Shown piece by piece: positions 9,011-17,859 of a stretch of DNA of 64,000 nucleotides. Both the position numbers and the translations under genes were made by a program. Each line of letters begins with the position of its first letter. The first letter of the stretch is position 1. The DNA comes from Gemmatimonadales bacterium (GTDB lineage Bacteria > Gemmatimonadota > Gemmatimonadetes > Gemmatimonadales > GWC2-71-9). The stretch lies in the NCBI GenBank assembly GCA_037189525.1, contig JBBCJC010000001.1, forward strand, positions 32,001 to 96,000, written 5' to 3'. The notes below the pieces were generated by a model. The model searched no databases. It was not told where the DNA came from and saw only the letters and a list, made by a program, of their open reading frames with translations.

Positions 9011-10537
9011 TCATGCGGCGGCCGGGCCTGAGATTGCCGCGGCCGCCCGCTCGCCCGATCGGATTGCCCCTTCGATGAAGGTGGGCCACTCCGGCGATGT
9101 CTCGGTGCCGGCCCAATGGAACGGGCCCACCGGATCGCGCACGGCGGACTTGAACAGGGCCGTCGCGCCCGGTGCGAGATAGCCCCCATAACAGCCGCGC
9201 GTCCACACCTGGGTGGACCAATTCATCTCGATGATCCGATCCGGCGTGAGCGCCTGATCCCCGAACCGCGCCGCCATCTCGGCCAGGATTTTCTGACGCC
9301 GCTCCTGCGCGGGTAGCAGCGACGCGGCACGCGCCTGATCGGTGTAGATGAAGCCGGTCAGCACCCCGGCAGTGCCGTGTCCTTGCGGTGCGCTGCTGTC
9401 GGCCGTTTCCGACACCATCGCGGAGTAGTCCAGCGAACCGCCGCTCAAGCCCTGTTCGCGCCAGAACGGGCTGCCGTAGACCATACCGACCTTGATGACG
9501 AGCCCTTGCGGCCAATGCTGCGTGATCTGCGCGCGCGCCACCGGAAGCGACGGCGCGAACTCGATAGCGCCCATCAACGACGGAGGACCCGCGAAGATGA
9601 CGTGACGCGCCTTGACATCGACCGAATCGGTACTGACCGTGGCCTCGGTGTCATTCCATCGCACACGCCGCACCGGACTCTTGAGCCGGATGTTACCTGC
9701 GCCCAGCAGGTCCGCCATGCCGATCGCGACAGGCTGCACCCCTCCTACGACGCGATCCTGCTGCGCAGCGCCTTCGTACCCGTTCAGCTTGTCGAAGCTG
9801 ACGCACTGCTTTACCAGCGAGAGAAACGACAACACGGAGATCTGTTCAGGGCTCGCGCATGCATACGACATGTCACCCACCAGAAAGTCGCGGATGTTTG
9901 GCTCCTTGACGTTCTGAGCGAGCCACTGCGCCATCGTGATGCCATCCCATGCGCGCGCCTCCGGATGCGACCACGGAGCGGCAGGATCCAGCGAATCCGC
10001 CATCTTCTGCAGTCTGGACTTGATAGCCTCTACGCGGGCGTATCCGGGCAAAACGGACCAGTCGTCACCGACGCGCTGATGTTTCTTGAGCGCCGGGCCG
10101 AAGACGATCGCGTCACCAAAGTTCGGACTGGGATAGGTCGTCTTCCCCGTCGCCTTGATCCAGTGATAAAACCGGTCATGACCGGCCCCCGCCCACTGAC
10201 CGCCTTCGTCGACCCAGCCTCCGTCGGGAAGCGGAATGGTCAACGTCCGTCCACCGACTCGATCACGCGCCTCGAGAACGAGTACCGTTTTGCCCGCTGC
10301 CTTGACCGCGTGTGCCGCGGCAAGGCCGGCAAACCCCGCTCCAACGACGCAAACATCGACCGATATCGGCGCGCCACGCGGGCCGGCGGTATCGTCCGTC
10401 GAGGCGACGGCGCCGGCAGCGTTTGGGGGCGTGTTGCACGCGGTACCCACGAGGCCCGCGGCGGCGGCAACACCGGTGACTTTCAGGAATTCACGTCTCG
10501 AGACATCGGCTGGCGAAGACGAGTCAGGGTCGCTCAT
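9011..10537 (-). CDS. Tat-exported flavin monoamine oxidase family protein (possible lipoprotein)
   Basis: SRREFLK Tat motif followed by GTAC; VVGAGFAGLAAA, LEARDRVGGR, RGCY, WAGTET, EGAIRSG. Confidence 0.88.
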   Translation of the reverse strand: MSDPDSSSPADVSRREFLKVTGVAAAAGLVGTACNTPPNAAGAVASTDDTAGPRGAPISVDVCVVGAGFAGLAAAHAVKAAGKTVLVLEARDRVGGRTLTIPLPDGGWVDEGGQWAGAGHDRFYHWIKATGKTTYPSPNFGDAIVFGPALKKHQRVGDDWSVLPGYARVEAIKSRLQKMADSLDPAAPWSHPEARAWDGITMAQWLAQNVKEPNIRDFLVGDMSYACASPEQISVLSFLSLVKQCVSFDKLNGYEGAAQQDRVVGGVQPVAIGMADLLGAGNIRLKSPVRRVRWNDTEATVSTDSVDVKARHVIFAGPPSLMGAIEFAPSLPVARAQITQHWPQGLVIKVGMVYGSPFWREQGLSGGSLDYSAMVSETADSSAPQGHGTAGVLTGFIYTDQARAASLLPAQERRQKILAEMAARFGDQALTPDRIIEMNWSTQVWTRGCYGGYLAPGATALFKSAVRDPVGPFHWAGTETSPEWPTFIEGAIRSGERAAAAISGPAAA

Positions 10538-10831
10538 AGGATCCTTGGAGAAGGCGCAGGAGGTGAAGAGAAGCTGCCATCACGCACAATGACGATACCC
10601 TTCCCGGCCCGGATGGGAAGCTCCTTCACCCAACCGTGGTGCCCGGTTCGGTGCCGTGGTAGGTTCCAACCGTGAGGCCCGGGTTCGTGGTCCTGCGGCC
10701 GGGCAAGAGGATGATCTGCTTGGCTCAGTACCCGAAGGAACAGCGCTTCCATGTCTCGTGCTACCACGACGCTAGGTGCGCTCGCACGGACGCTTGCCTG
10801 GCCGATACCTGCTCGCACTGGGAGAACGAAG

Positions 10832-11209
10832 ATGGGTAACTCGGGCGACCACGACGAACGTATTCGCAAGATGATCTTTGCGTCAGTGTATCCGCACTAC
10901 CTGACCAAGGTCGAGAAGAAAGGACGAACCAGGGAGGAACTCCATCAGGTCATCACCTGGTTGACCGGCTTCAGCGAAGCGAAGCTGCAGCAGCAGATCA
11001 AAGACAGGGTGACCTTCGAGGAGTTTTTTCGAGCCGCGACGTTGAACCCCAACGCGCATCTGATCACGGGCATGATCTGCGGCTATCGGATCGAGGACAT
11101 CGAGAACCCGCTCACGCAAAAGGCCAGGTACCTGGACAAGCTGGTCGATGAGCTTGCCAAGGGGCGCAAGATCGAGAAGATCCTGCGGAACGCGGCAGAC
11201 CGGAAATGA
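10832..11209 (+). CDS. DUF2200 family protein
   Basis: FASVYPHYLTKVEKKGRT...GMICGYRIEDIE...RYLDKLVDELAKG signature; GGAG SD. Confidence 0.85.
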   Translation: MGNSGDHDERIRKMIFASVYPHYLTKVEKKGRTREELHQVITWLTGFSEAKLQQQIKDRVTFEEFFRAATLNPNAHLITGMICGYRIEDIENPLTQKARYLDKLVDELAKGRKIEKILRNAADRK

Positions 11210-11228
11210 CGGCATACCGGAGGGAGAG

Positions 11229-11660
11229 ATGGAGCACGCCGTAAAGAAGCTGTTCGAGCGATATGAGCGCTTCTTCAATCGATCCCTGAGCGGGGATAAG
11301 GACATGGAAGAGACCGCGTCGCTCTATGCCGCCGAGTTCATAGGCGCGACACCCGCCGGAGTCATGACTGGCAAGAACGACGATCAGTTCAAGCACGTCA
11401 TGGAGCAAGGTTATGCGCATTATCGGGCAATCGGCACCAAGGAAATGCGGATACGTCATATTCGCCTCTCCCCGATAGATGAGCACCATTGCGTGGCCCA
11501 TGTCGCATGGTCCGCGCTCTATGCCCGCAAGGATCAGCCGGATATCACGATCGATTTCGAGGTCCACTACCTCGTTCAGCAGTTGGAAGGAGAGCCGAAG
11601 GTCTTCGGGTGGGTATCCGGCGACGAACAGGCCCTTCTCAGGGAGCACGGTATTATCTGA
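11229..11660 (+). CDS. NTF2/SnoaL-like protein
   Basis: 143-aa alpha+beta pattern, YAAEFIGATPAGV, FGWVSGDEQ; GGGAG SD. Confidence 0.75.
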   Translation: MEHAVKKLFERYERFFNRSLSGDKDMEETASLYAAEFIGATPAGVMTGKNDDQFKHVMEQGYAHYRAIGTKEMRIRHIRLSPIDEHHCVAHVAWSALYARKDQPDITIDFEVHYLVQQLEGEPKVFGWVSGDEQALLREHGII

Positions 11661-11792
11661 GGTCGGGCGGTGGCGCGCCCCCTCCCTAGCGCAAACTCGG
11701 TTTTCGGCGCATCGTCTTACGACGGCACGTCTCTTGGCATACCCGGGTTTGCCTCTCCTCGGGTGGGCCTTCCCCTCTTTGCGGAGTTCGTC

Positions 11793-12056
11793 ATGGACCT
11801 CTCCACGATTCTGATTCAGGTCATCAGCGGCGCAGTTGGCGGCAACCTCGCCGGGTTCCTCAACAAGGCCAAGAGCCTGGGCCCGCTCTTGAACACGATT
11901 CTGGGGGCAGTCGGTGGAGTTGGTGGGGGCCAATTGCTTGGCGGTCAGCTGACGGATCTCCTGGGTAACGCCACCGCCGGAACTGCGACTGCGTCCGGCC
12001 TGGTCGGTCTCGTCTTGCCGTTGGTCGCGGGCCTCCTGAAGAAGAAAGCTGCATGA
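11793..12056 (+). CDS. Small glycine-zipper membrane protein
   Basis: GAVGGNLAG and GAVGGVGGGQLLG glycine-rich hydrophobic helices; GGAG SD. Confidence 0.8.
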   Translation: MDLSTILIQVISGAVGGNLAGFLNKAKSLGPLLNTILGAVGGVGGGQLLGGQLTDLLGNATAGTATASGLVGLVLPLVAGLLKKKAA

Positions 12057-12065
12057 AACTGCGAT

Positions 12066-12107
12066 GCCCGGCCTAACGACCGCATGAAGCGGAGCGTTAG
12101 GCCGGGC
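12066..12107. repeat. 13-bp inverted repeat containing attC-like cores (GCCTAAC ... GTTAGGC); probable internally deleted attC
   Basis: gcccggcctaacg / cgttaggccgggc perfect IR; RYYYAAC + 5 nt + CATGAAGC resembles the attC R''-spacer-L'' arm. Confidence 0.5.
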
Positions 12108-12165
12108 CTCGACCATTCCGGTCAGCGATCTCATGAACGAATCGTGGAGCCATTGAAGGTGTGAC

Positions 12166-12726
12166 ATGGCAGCGACGCTGATCCAATTGGACGTGCGGAC
12201 ACGAAGAGAGTGGCGGAACTGGCTTGCGAAGCATCATGCATCCAGCCCTGGCATATGGCTGATCCGTCACAAGCCGCACGCCGGCGTCACCTCGATGTCC
12301 TACGAAGACCTCGTGCGGGAAGCACTTTGCTTCGGATGGATCGACAGCCTGATCAAGCGCCTGGACGAGAACCGATACGCCATCAAGGTCACCCCACGCA
12401 AGCCAACGAGTAAATGGTCTGATCTCAACCGGAAGCGCTGGAAGGAACTGCGCGCTGAGGGCTTGCTCGCGGCAGCAGGTGTCGCGGCGGCTCCCACTGC
12501 CAACCGTTATGCGTCGAAACCGGCGATTCCCGACCTTCCTGGGTACATCGGCAAGGCGTTCAAGGCGGCCCCCAAGGCCTGGGCCTTCTTTGAGACGCTC
12601 TCGGCCAGGAACCGACGTGATTTCGTGGTCTGGATTCACACGGCCAAGCGTCCCGAGACGCGAGGCAGGCGCATTCGCGAGTCGATCGCGCTACTCGCCG
12701 CAGGACGGAAGCTTGGCCTGAAGTGA
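12166..12726 (+). CDS. YdeI/OmpD-associated family protein
   Basis: WRNWLAKHH, EALCFGWIDS, AWAFFETLS, AKRPETRGRRI. Confidence 0.88.
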   Translation: MAATLIQLDVRTRREWRNWLAKHHASSPGIWLIRHKPHAGVTSMSYEDLVREALCFGWIDSLIKRLDENRYAIKVTPRKPTSKWSDLNRKRWKELRAEGLLAAAGVAAAPTANRYASKPAIPDLPGYIGKAFKAAPKAWAFFETLSARNRRDFVVWIHTAKRPETRGRRIRESIALLAAGRKLGLK

Positions 12727-12921
12727 GACCTCTATTTCTACGGCGCCCCGCTTACCGGCCCGCTGGATGAGCCGGGACGTTAGGCAGTCCCGAGATCGTT
12801 CCGGCAGGCACGGTACCTTGACATCGACCACCACCGACTGAAGCTTTCTGATCGAATCCGGGCTACCGGATCAGAAGACTATCAGGCACTCCTGAGCCAC
12901 CTCCGCAAGATACGGAAGATC

Positions 12922-14301
12922 GTGCCTGACTCGCTCCCTCCGCAGAACCTTTCCGAGAACCAGGATACGCCCCGCCGCGTGATCGCGGACCGGTACGGGG
13001 TCCTCTCCATGATCGGACAGGGGTCGGCGGCCCGCACGCTGCTTTGTTCCGACCTGCGGGCAGACCGGCGCGTCGTCGTCAAAGAGCTGCACTTCGCCCA
13101 CTTATCCGACTGGAAACACCTGGAGCTTTTCGAGCGGGAAGCGAAGATGCTCGGCAAGCTCGAGCACCCGAGTATCCCCCGAGTCTTCGACTACTTTCAA
13201 GGCGACGGCGAGTCGGCAACCTTCTACATCGTACAGGAGTACATCGAGGCTCCGTCACTCCTCCAGCGGCTGGAATCCGGCCCGATGCTTGGCCAAGAGG
13301 AGGTCCACGAAATTGCGGTCGGATTGCTCGACGTGCTGGACTATCTGCACGGTCGCGCGCCACCAGTAATTCACCGCGACATCAAGCCTTCGAACGTGCT
13401 TCTGCGCGCCGACGGCACGCCGGCGCTGATCGATTTCGGCGGAGTCCGCGTCGGATGGCATCCGGGAGGAACTACCGGGGCGACGGTCGTCGGCACGTTC
13501 GGATACATGGCGCCAGAACAGTTCGCGGGGCAGTCCGGGCCGAAGTCGGACCTCTATGCGCTCGGCGCCACCCTGCTCCACCTCGTTACCGGGCGCCCTC
13601 CCGGCGACTTTCCGTTCGACACGGGACGAATCGAGGTGCCTGACGATCTTCCCACAGACAAGCCGCTCACCGGTTTGATCGAGGCCCTGCTACGCCCCGC
13701 GCCGCGCGATCGGCCGAGTACGGCCAAAGCCGCCCGCGACCTGCTGACTAACCCCGCACCTCGCGAAACGGCGCAGGCATTGATTCCGCGGGCGATGCCG
13801 CCAACGGCCGTCACCGCACCGCGTAAGTCCGTCTTCGGAGAGAGCGGCGAACCTCGTTTCGTGCACATGGGAAATCCTCCCCGCGATCCGAAGGGCGAGT
13901 TCAGGGACGTGTATCGGAACCTGATGCACCCGCTGTTCCCTGCACGCCGCGCCTGGTCAGATATGGAACATTTGCTCTGGGTCGGATTCGCCGGCTTCGC
14001 CTCCATCGTGACACTCGGCGGGGCTCCCGCAGGCTACGCCTGGATGCTCTACAGACGCCGGAAGACATATGATGATCTCTTCCGGCGCGGGGCGTTCACC
14101 ACGGGGACTATCCGGGCCATCCCTGGAGCGGATATCGGCATGTCCACTACGGTCAAATACGACTTCGAAGTCGGCGGAACTTCCTATCGGGGTTACATGC
14201 GGCAGCCAGGGGAGATGGCGCGGTACTGGAGCGAGTCAGACCTCGTCCCAATCCTGTATGACCCCGAAGATCCGACCCGATCCTGTATCGTGTACAGGTA
14301 G
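12922..14301 (+). CDS. Hanks-type Ser/Thr protein kinase with TM segment and DUF3592-like C-terminus
   Basis: VVVKEL, HRDIKPSN, DFG, GTFGYMAPEQ, SDLYALG; C-terminal VKYDFEVGG...ILYDPEDP. Confidence 0.88.
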   Translation: MPDSLPPQNLSENQDTPRRVIADRYGVLSMIGQGSAARTLLCSDLRADRRVVVKELHFAHLSDWKHLELFEREAKMLGKLEHPSIPRVFDYFQGDGESATFYIVQEYIEAPSLLQRLESGPMLGQEEVHEIAVGLLDVLDYLHGRAPPVIHRDIKPSNVLLRADGTPALIDFGGVRVGWHPGGTTGATVVGTFGYMAPEQFAGQSGPKSDLYALGATLLHLVTGRPPGDFPFDTGRIEVPDDLPTDKPLTGLIEALLRPAPRDRPSTAKAARDLLTNPAPRETAQALIPRAMPPTAVTAPRKSVFGESGEPRFVHMGNPPRDPKGEFRDVYRNLMHPLFPARRAWSDMEHLLWVGFAGFASIVTLGGAPAGYAWMLYRRRKTYDDLFRRGAFTTGTIRAIPGADIGMSTTVKYDFEVGGTSYRGYMRQPGEMARYWSESDLVPILYDPEDPTRSCIVYR

Positions 14302-14317
14302 CGGCATATGTGAGACA

Positions 14318-15058
14318 ATGATGGGTATACCCGTTGCGACCACACGCCCTTCCCTGGCTGCGACCCTGCTGTTCACGGGTGCGCCCGTTGGCATGCTTGC
14401 TGCGCTCTTTGTCACGCCACCGAACGAATACGGTCCCCTCCGGATCGCATTCACGGGGATCCTGACAACGATCCTTGCCGGAAGTGGCCCCGCTCTTGTA
14501 CTCTGGCTATCCCGTTCCGGCCGTGCACCAGGGACCCTCATCCTGGCCCTGCTCGCCAGCATGTTCAGCAGCGTAGCAGCCGCGGTCGTCGCTCGAGTCA
14601 TCTACCCTGCCACACCTTGGCGCGCACTCCCGCCTCCTCCCGCGACCGCCTTGTCCCTTGCCGGCCCGACCTGCTACGACCACGATCGAACCGTCGTCTT
14701 CATCCTAACGGAGCGGCACGACGCCTACACCTACAACCCCAGGATTCCTACCGCCGAGTGGCTACCGGTAGACTCCGTACCGACTGCGGCGATGGGACTT
14801 CTCTGTCCTGAGACGTCGCCCGAGCCTCCGAACCACCCAGCGCCCCTTCGCTCGATGACGGTATCGGAGGAAGGAGCGCACTGCTCGAGTACCGTTCACT
14901 TTCGTTTGACAGGCAGTGGCATCGTCGAATGGTCGGTGCGCAACGGGTGCCAGCATTCGATCCTGGCTGCAGCATTGATCGGCGGGCCGATCTCGCTGGT
15001 ACTCGTTCTGCTGACCTGGCTGGTACGTCCGCGTGCTCGGACGCGGCAAGAGCTCTAA
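14318..15058 (+). CDS. Hypothetical membrane protein (3 N-terminal TM, Cys-containing loop, C-terminal TM)
   Basis: Hydrophobic segments; follows the kinase by 16 bp; no recognisable family. Confidence 0.55.
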   Translation: MMGIPVATTRPSLAATLLFTGAPVGMLAALFVTPPNEYGPLRIAFTGILTTILAGSGPALVLWLSRSGRAPGTLILALLASMFSSVAAAVVARVIYPATPWRALPPPPATALSLAGPTCYDHDRTVVFILTERHDAYTYNPRIPTAEWLPVDSVPTAAMGLLCPETSPEPPNHPAPLRSMTVSEEGAHCSSTVHFRLTGSGIVEWSVRNGCQHSILAAALIGGPISLVLVLLTWLVRPRARTRQEL

Positions 15059-15232
15059 AGCGCACGCGGACGTTTATCGCATATCACCACAGACTACCCA
15101 ACCCTACATTTCACCGAAACATCATTGAACGGGATGGACTTCATTGCCGGCATCCCATCCAGATCGGGAATCATTCGGCTGATACCCGTCTCGTCCATCG
15201 CCACGGTGGAGCGTCAGAGCGCGCTGCCAAGC

Positions 15233-15979
15233 TCAGCGTCTGGCGGCAGCCAGCCGGTCCATCAATCCTTCTCCCGGTGCCGGCGCGCCGAACACCGCGA
15301 CCAGCCCGCGGATCAGATTCATCGGCGCCACCGTCGTATGGCTCTCGTCAGGGAACACCCGCGACGAAATCTGGAGTGACGGATACTTCCTGGCCCGGAG
15401 TTCCCGCTCGAACCGGAGCGTGTTGGTCACCATCCGGCTCGCAGCCGCTGCCGGCAGCTCCTCGAGGCCACCCACGCCCAGAAAAACCGTCGCTGCAAGG
15501 TCCGTGTGCGTCTTCGCGTACTCCTCGACCAGCTTGAAGGTGCTCTCTCCACCCCACCAGAGCGACGGACTGCCGATGATGTACCGGTTGAAGGTGTCCG
15601 GCGCGGTCAACAGAGCATAACAACCGAAGAGCCCACCGAGCGAATCACCGAAGTAGGCTCGGTCCTTGGGGTCGGTAGGATACTTCGCATCGATGAACGG
15701 AATCAGTTCGTTACGGATGAAAGCGAGGAACTTGTCCGCCCCCCCCGATGCAACCTTCGGCATGAGCTTTCCCTCGACCGGAATGCCCACCCCGTTCCAG
15801 CTCGGCACCAATACCGGCGTAAGGTCGCGGGTCCGGATCTCCAGAGCCTGATAGATCCCGTTCGCACCGGCGTTGCCGATCCCGACCGCGATGAACCGAG
15901 GCACGTCTCCCATTTCAGATGTGAGTTCTCGATCCGTTACAACGGAAGATAGGCCTTCTATCGATCCACGCGACCTCAC
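15233..15979 (-). pseudogene. IroE/Fes-like esterase, apparently 5'-truncated
   Basis: GGADKFLAFIRNELIP, GDSLGG nucleophile, SPSLWW, ESH. Lacks the signal peptide and N-terminal YPVLYxLDG strand; recognisable homology starts near 15910. Confidence 0.6.
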
Positions 15980-16593
15980 GTGACGGAGGCCGCCAGCTTA
16001 CGCCGACGCGACTTTTCCCGAGTGCCGCAGGATTCCATTCGGCACCATCGCCGGAGCCCGTTCCGGCTGCGATCGATGTAGTACCAGCCGCAATCATCGC
16101 CGGGACACCGACGGAGCCGGCCGAGTTCATCCGAGCCAAGGAGCGTGGCAGCGGCCCAGACGACGGGATGGATCACCGATCGGAGATCACGGCCGAGATC
16201 GTCGAAGGTCCAGACCCACCGATTGCCGGCGGGGTCGGGTCGGAGCCGGAGGTGGGCCGCGGCCTCGGATATCAGGACATCGAGCGGGGCCGTCACGAAT
16301 CGGCCGCGCTCTCCGCGAGTCAGCTTCCGCAGCGTCTGCTCCAGAGTCTCGCGGGTCCGCCGCGCCTGGACCAGCGCCGCCATCGCCTGCCTTGGACGCT
16401 TGCCGGCAACCGACCGGAGCCTGGCTGCATCGGCCCGACCGATGATCCCCGCCTCCACGGCCCAGTCGACCAGCCGGCGATAGTCGAGCAGCCGCTCGTT
16501 GACGGGCTCGGAGAGGGCCCAGTCGATGGTATTGACGAAGTCGACGGCGGGGTCGCCACCGATGAACCGGAACGGCGGAGGTCGGTCGGCCAT
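15976..16593 (-). CDS. ABATE/CGNR zinc-finger putative transcriptional regulator
   Basis: VDFVNT N-terminus; C-terminal RRCPGDDCGWYYIDRSRNGLRRWCRMESCGTR. Confidence 0.9.
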   Translation of the reverse strand: MADRPPPFRFIGGDPAVDFVNTIDWALSEPVNERLLDYRRLVDWAVEAGIIGRADAARLRSVAGKRPRQAMAALVQARRTRETLEQTLRKLTRGERGRFVTAPLDVLISEAAAHLRLRPDPAGNRWVWTFDDLGRDLRSVIHPVVWAAATLLGSDELGRLRRCPGDDCGWYYIDRSRNGLRRWCRMESCGTREKSRRRKLAASVT

Positions 16594-16605
16594 GGGCGCA
16601 ATATA

Positions 16606-16680
16606 GCACCGGTATTTGCCGATTGACCGGTGCAGCACCGGGCGATAGGTTGCACCAGTATAGCGGCGATTACAGGTGCA
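16606..16680. promoter_or_regulatory. Two tandem palindromic operators GCACCRGT-N12-ACMGGTGC between divergent CGNR and EamA genes
   Basis: 16606-16633 GCACCGGT-N12-ACCGGTGC (perfect) and 16651-16680 TGCACCAGT-N12-ACAGGTGCA. Confidence 0.65.
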
Positions 16681-16704
16681 GTCACAGCGAGCTCGGAGAC
16701 AACA

Positions 16705-17607
16705 ATGCCTATCGAACGTTCCCGATCCCACTCGCTTCAGCTGTTCGGAGCGTTCGCGGCCGTGTACCTCCTCTGGGGCGCCACCTTCCTCGCGATCCGC
16801 TACGCCGTCGCCGAAGTCCCGCCGCTCGCGACGATCGCGATTCGCTGCGCCGGCGGTGCGCTGATCCTCTTCCTCTGGCTCCTCGCGCGCGGCAAGCTGG
16901 AGCGCACGACGCGGGCGCAATGGCTCACGGCCTCGGTCGCCGGAACGTTTCTGTTCCTCGGCTGCCACGCCATCCTCGCCAGCGCGGAACAGCGGGTCTC
17001 CTCCGGCCAGGCTGCCCTCCTGATGACGTCGATTCCCTTTTCGCTCGTCGTCCTGGGCGCGCTCGAGAGCCGGCGGCTTCCTTCGCTTCCGGTCATCGCT
17101 GGGCTCGTGGTGGGAATCGTCGGTATCGCCCTGCTTGCCGGGCACGATCCGTCCGGCGCCATCGGCGACCGGGTGGCGGTTGGCTTCGGCGGTGTGCTCT
17201 GGGCCGTCGGATCGAAGGTGGGCCGAGACGGCGCGCGGCCGAAATCGGCAATCCAGGCGAGCGCGATGCAGCTCGCGGCCGGCGCCGGCGTCGTCACGAT
17301 CGTCAGCTTGGCATATGGCGAATCGGCGGACTGGCTCACCGCGGGGATCTCCACCCGGGCGTCGCTCGCGCTGGTGTTCCTGGTGATCTGTGGCACTGTG
17401 ATCGGATTCGCGGCCTACACCTGGCTCCTCACCGTGACCACGCCCGCGGCCGCGGGGAGCTATGCCTTCGTCAATCCGATCGTCGCGCTGATCCTGGCCT
17501 GGATCGCGGGCGATGAATCCCCCAGCATCCGGACCGCCGTCGCGGCCGTCCTGGTGATCGGTGCCGTGATCCTGACGCGCGACCGTGGAGTCCGGCTCCG
17601 CACCTGA
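16705..17607 (+). CDS. EamA/DMT family transporter (YedA-like)
   Basis: AVYLLWGATFLAIR, YAFVNPIVA, about 10 TM; GGAG SD. Confidence 0.9.
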   Translation: MPIERSRSHSLQLFGAFAAVYLLWGATFLAIRYAVAEVPPLATIAIRCAGGALILFLWLLARGKLERTTRAQWLTASVAGTFLFLGCHAILASAEQRVSSGQAALLMTSIPFSLVVLGALESRRLPSLPVIAGLVVGIVGIALLAGHDPSGAIGDRVAVGFGGVLWAVGSKVGRDGARPKSAIQASAMQLAAGAGVVTIVSLAYGESADWLTAGISTRASLALVFLVICGTVIGFAAYTWLLTVTTPAAAGSYAFVNPIVALILAWIAGDESPSIRTAVAAVLVIGAVILTRDRGVRLRT

Positions 17608-17859
17608 GAGGATCTCCCGGGCAACTACGGGAACGCTTCCCAGTGGCAGGGGGTGGCGGACTCGTCTTCACCCACCCGGACGCACCGCTCCCCCGGCCCT
17701 CCACGGTCGACGAGATCGATCACCGCAGTCCCACGGGTCACCCCGTAAGCGGTATAGCCACCCCTGGACGCGGCATTCTTCCGCAGCAACCGGCGCTAGA
17801 CAGCCCGCGGAAATCGCCTCTGAGCGCTCGGCCCGGGAACAAATCGTCTTTGGGCTCGC

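Noticed and set aside
17647..17767. Short IR (GGGGTGGC/GCCACCCC) about 100 bp apart, possible MITE
   Set aside because: Only 8-10 bp in GC-rich DNA; no target-site duplication or second copy seen
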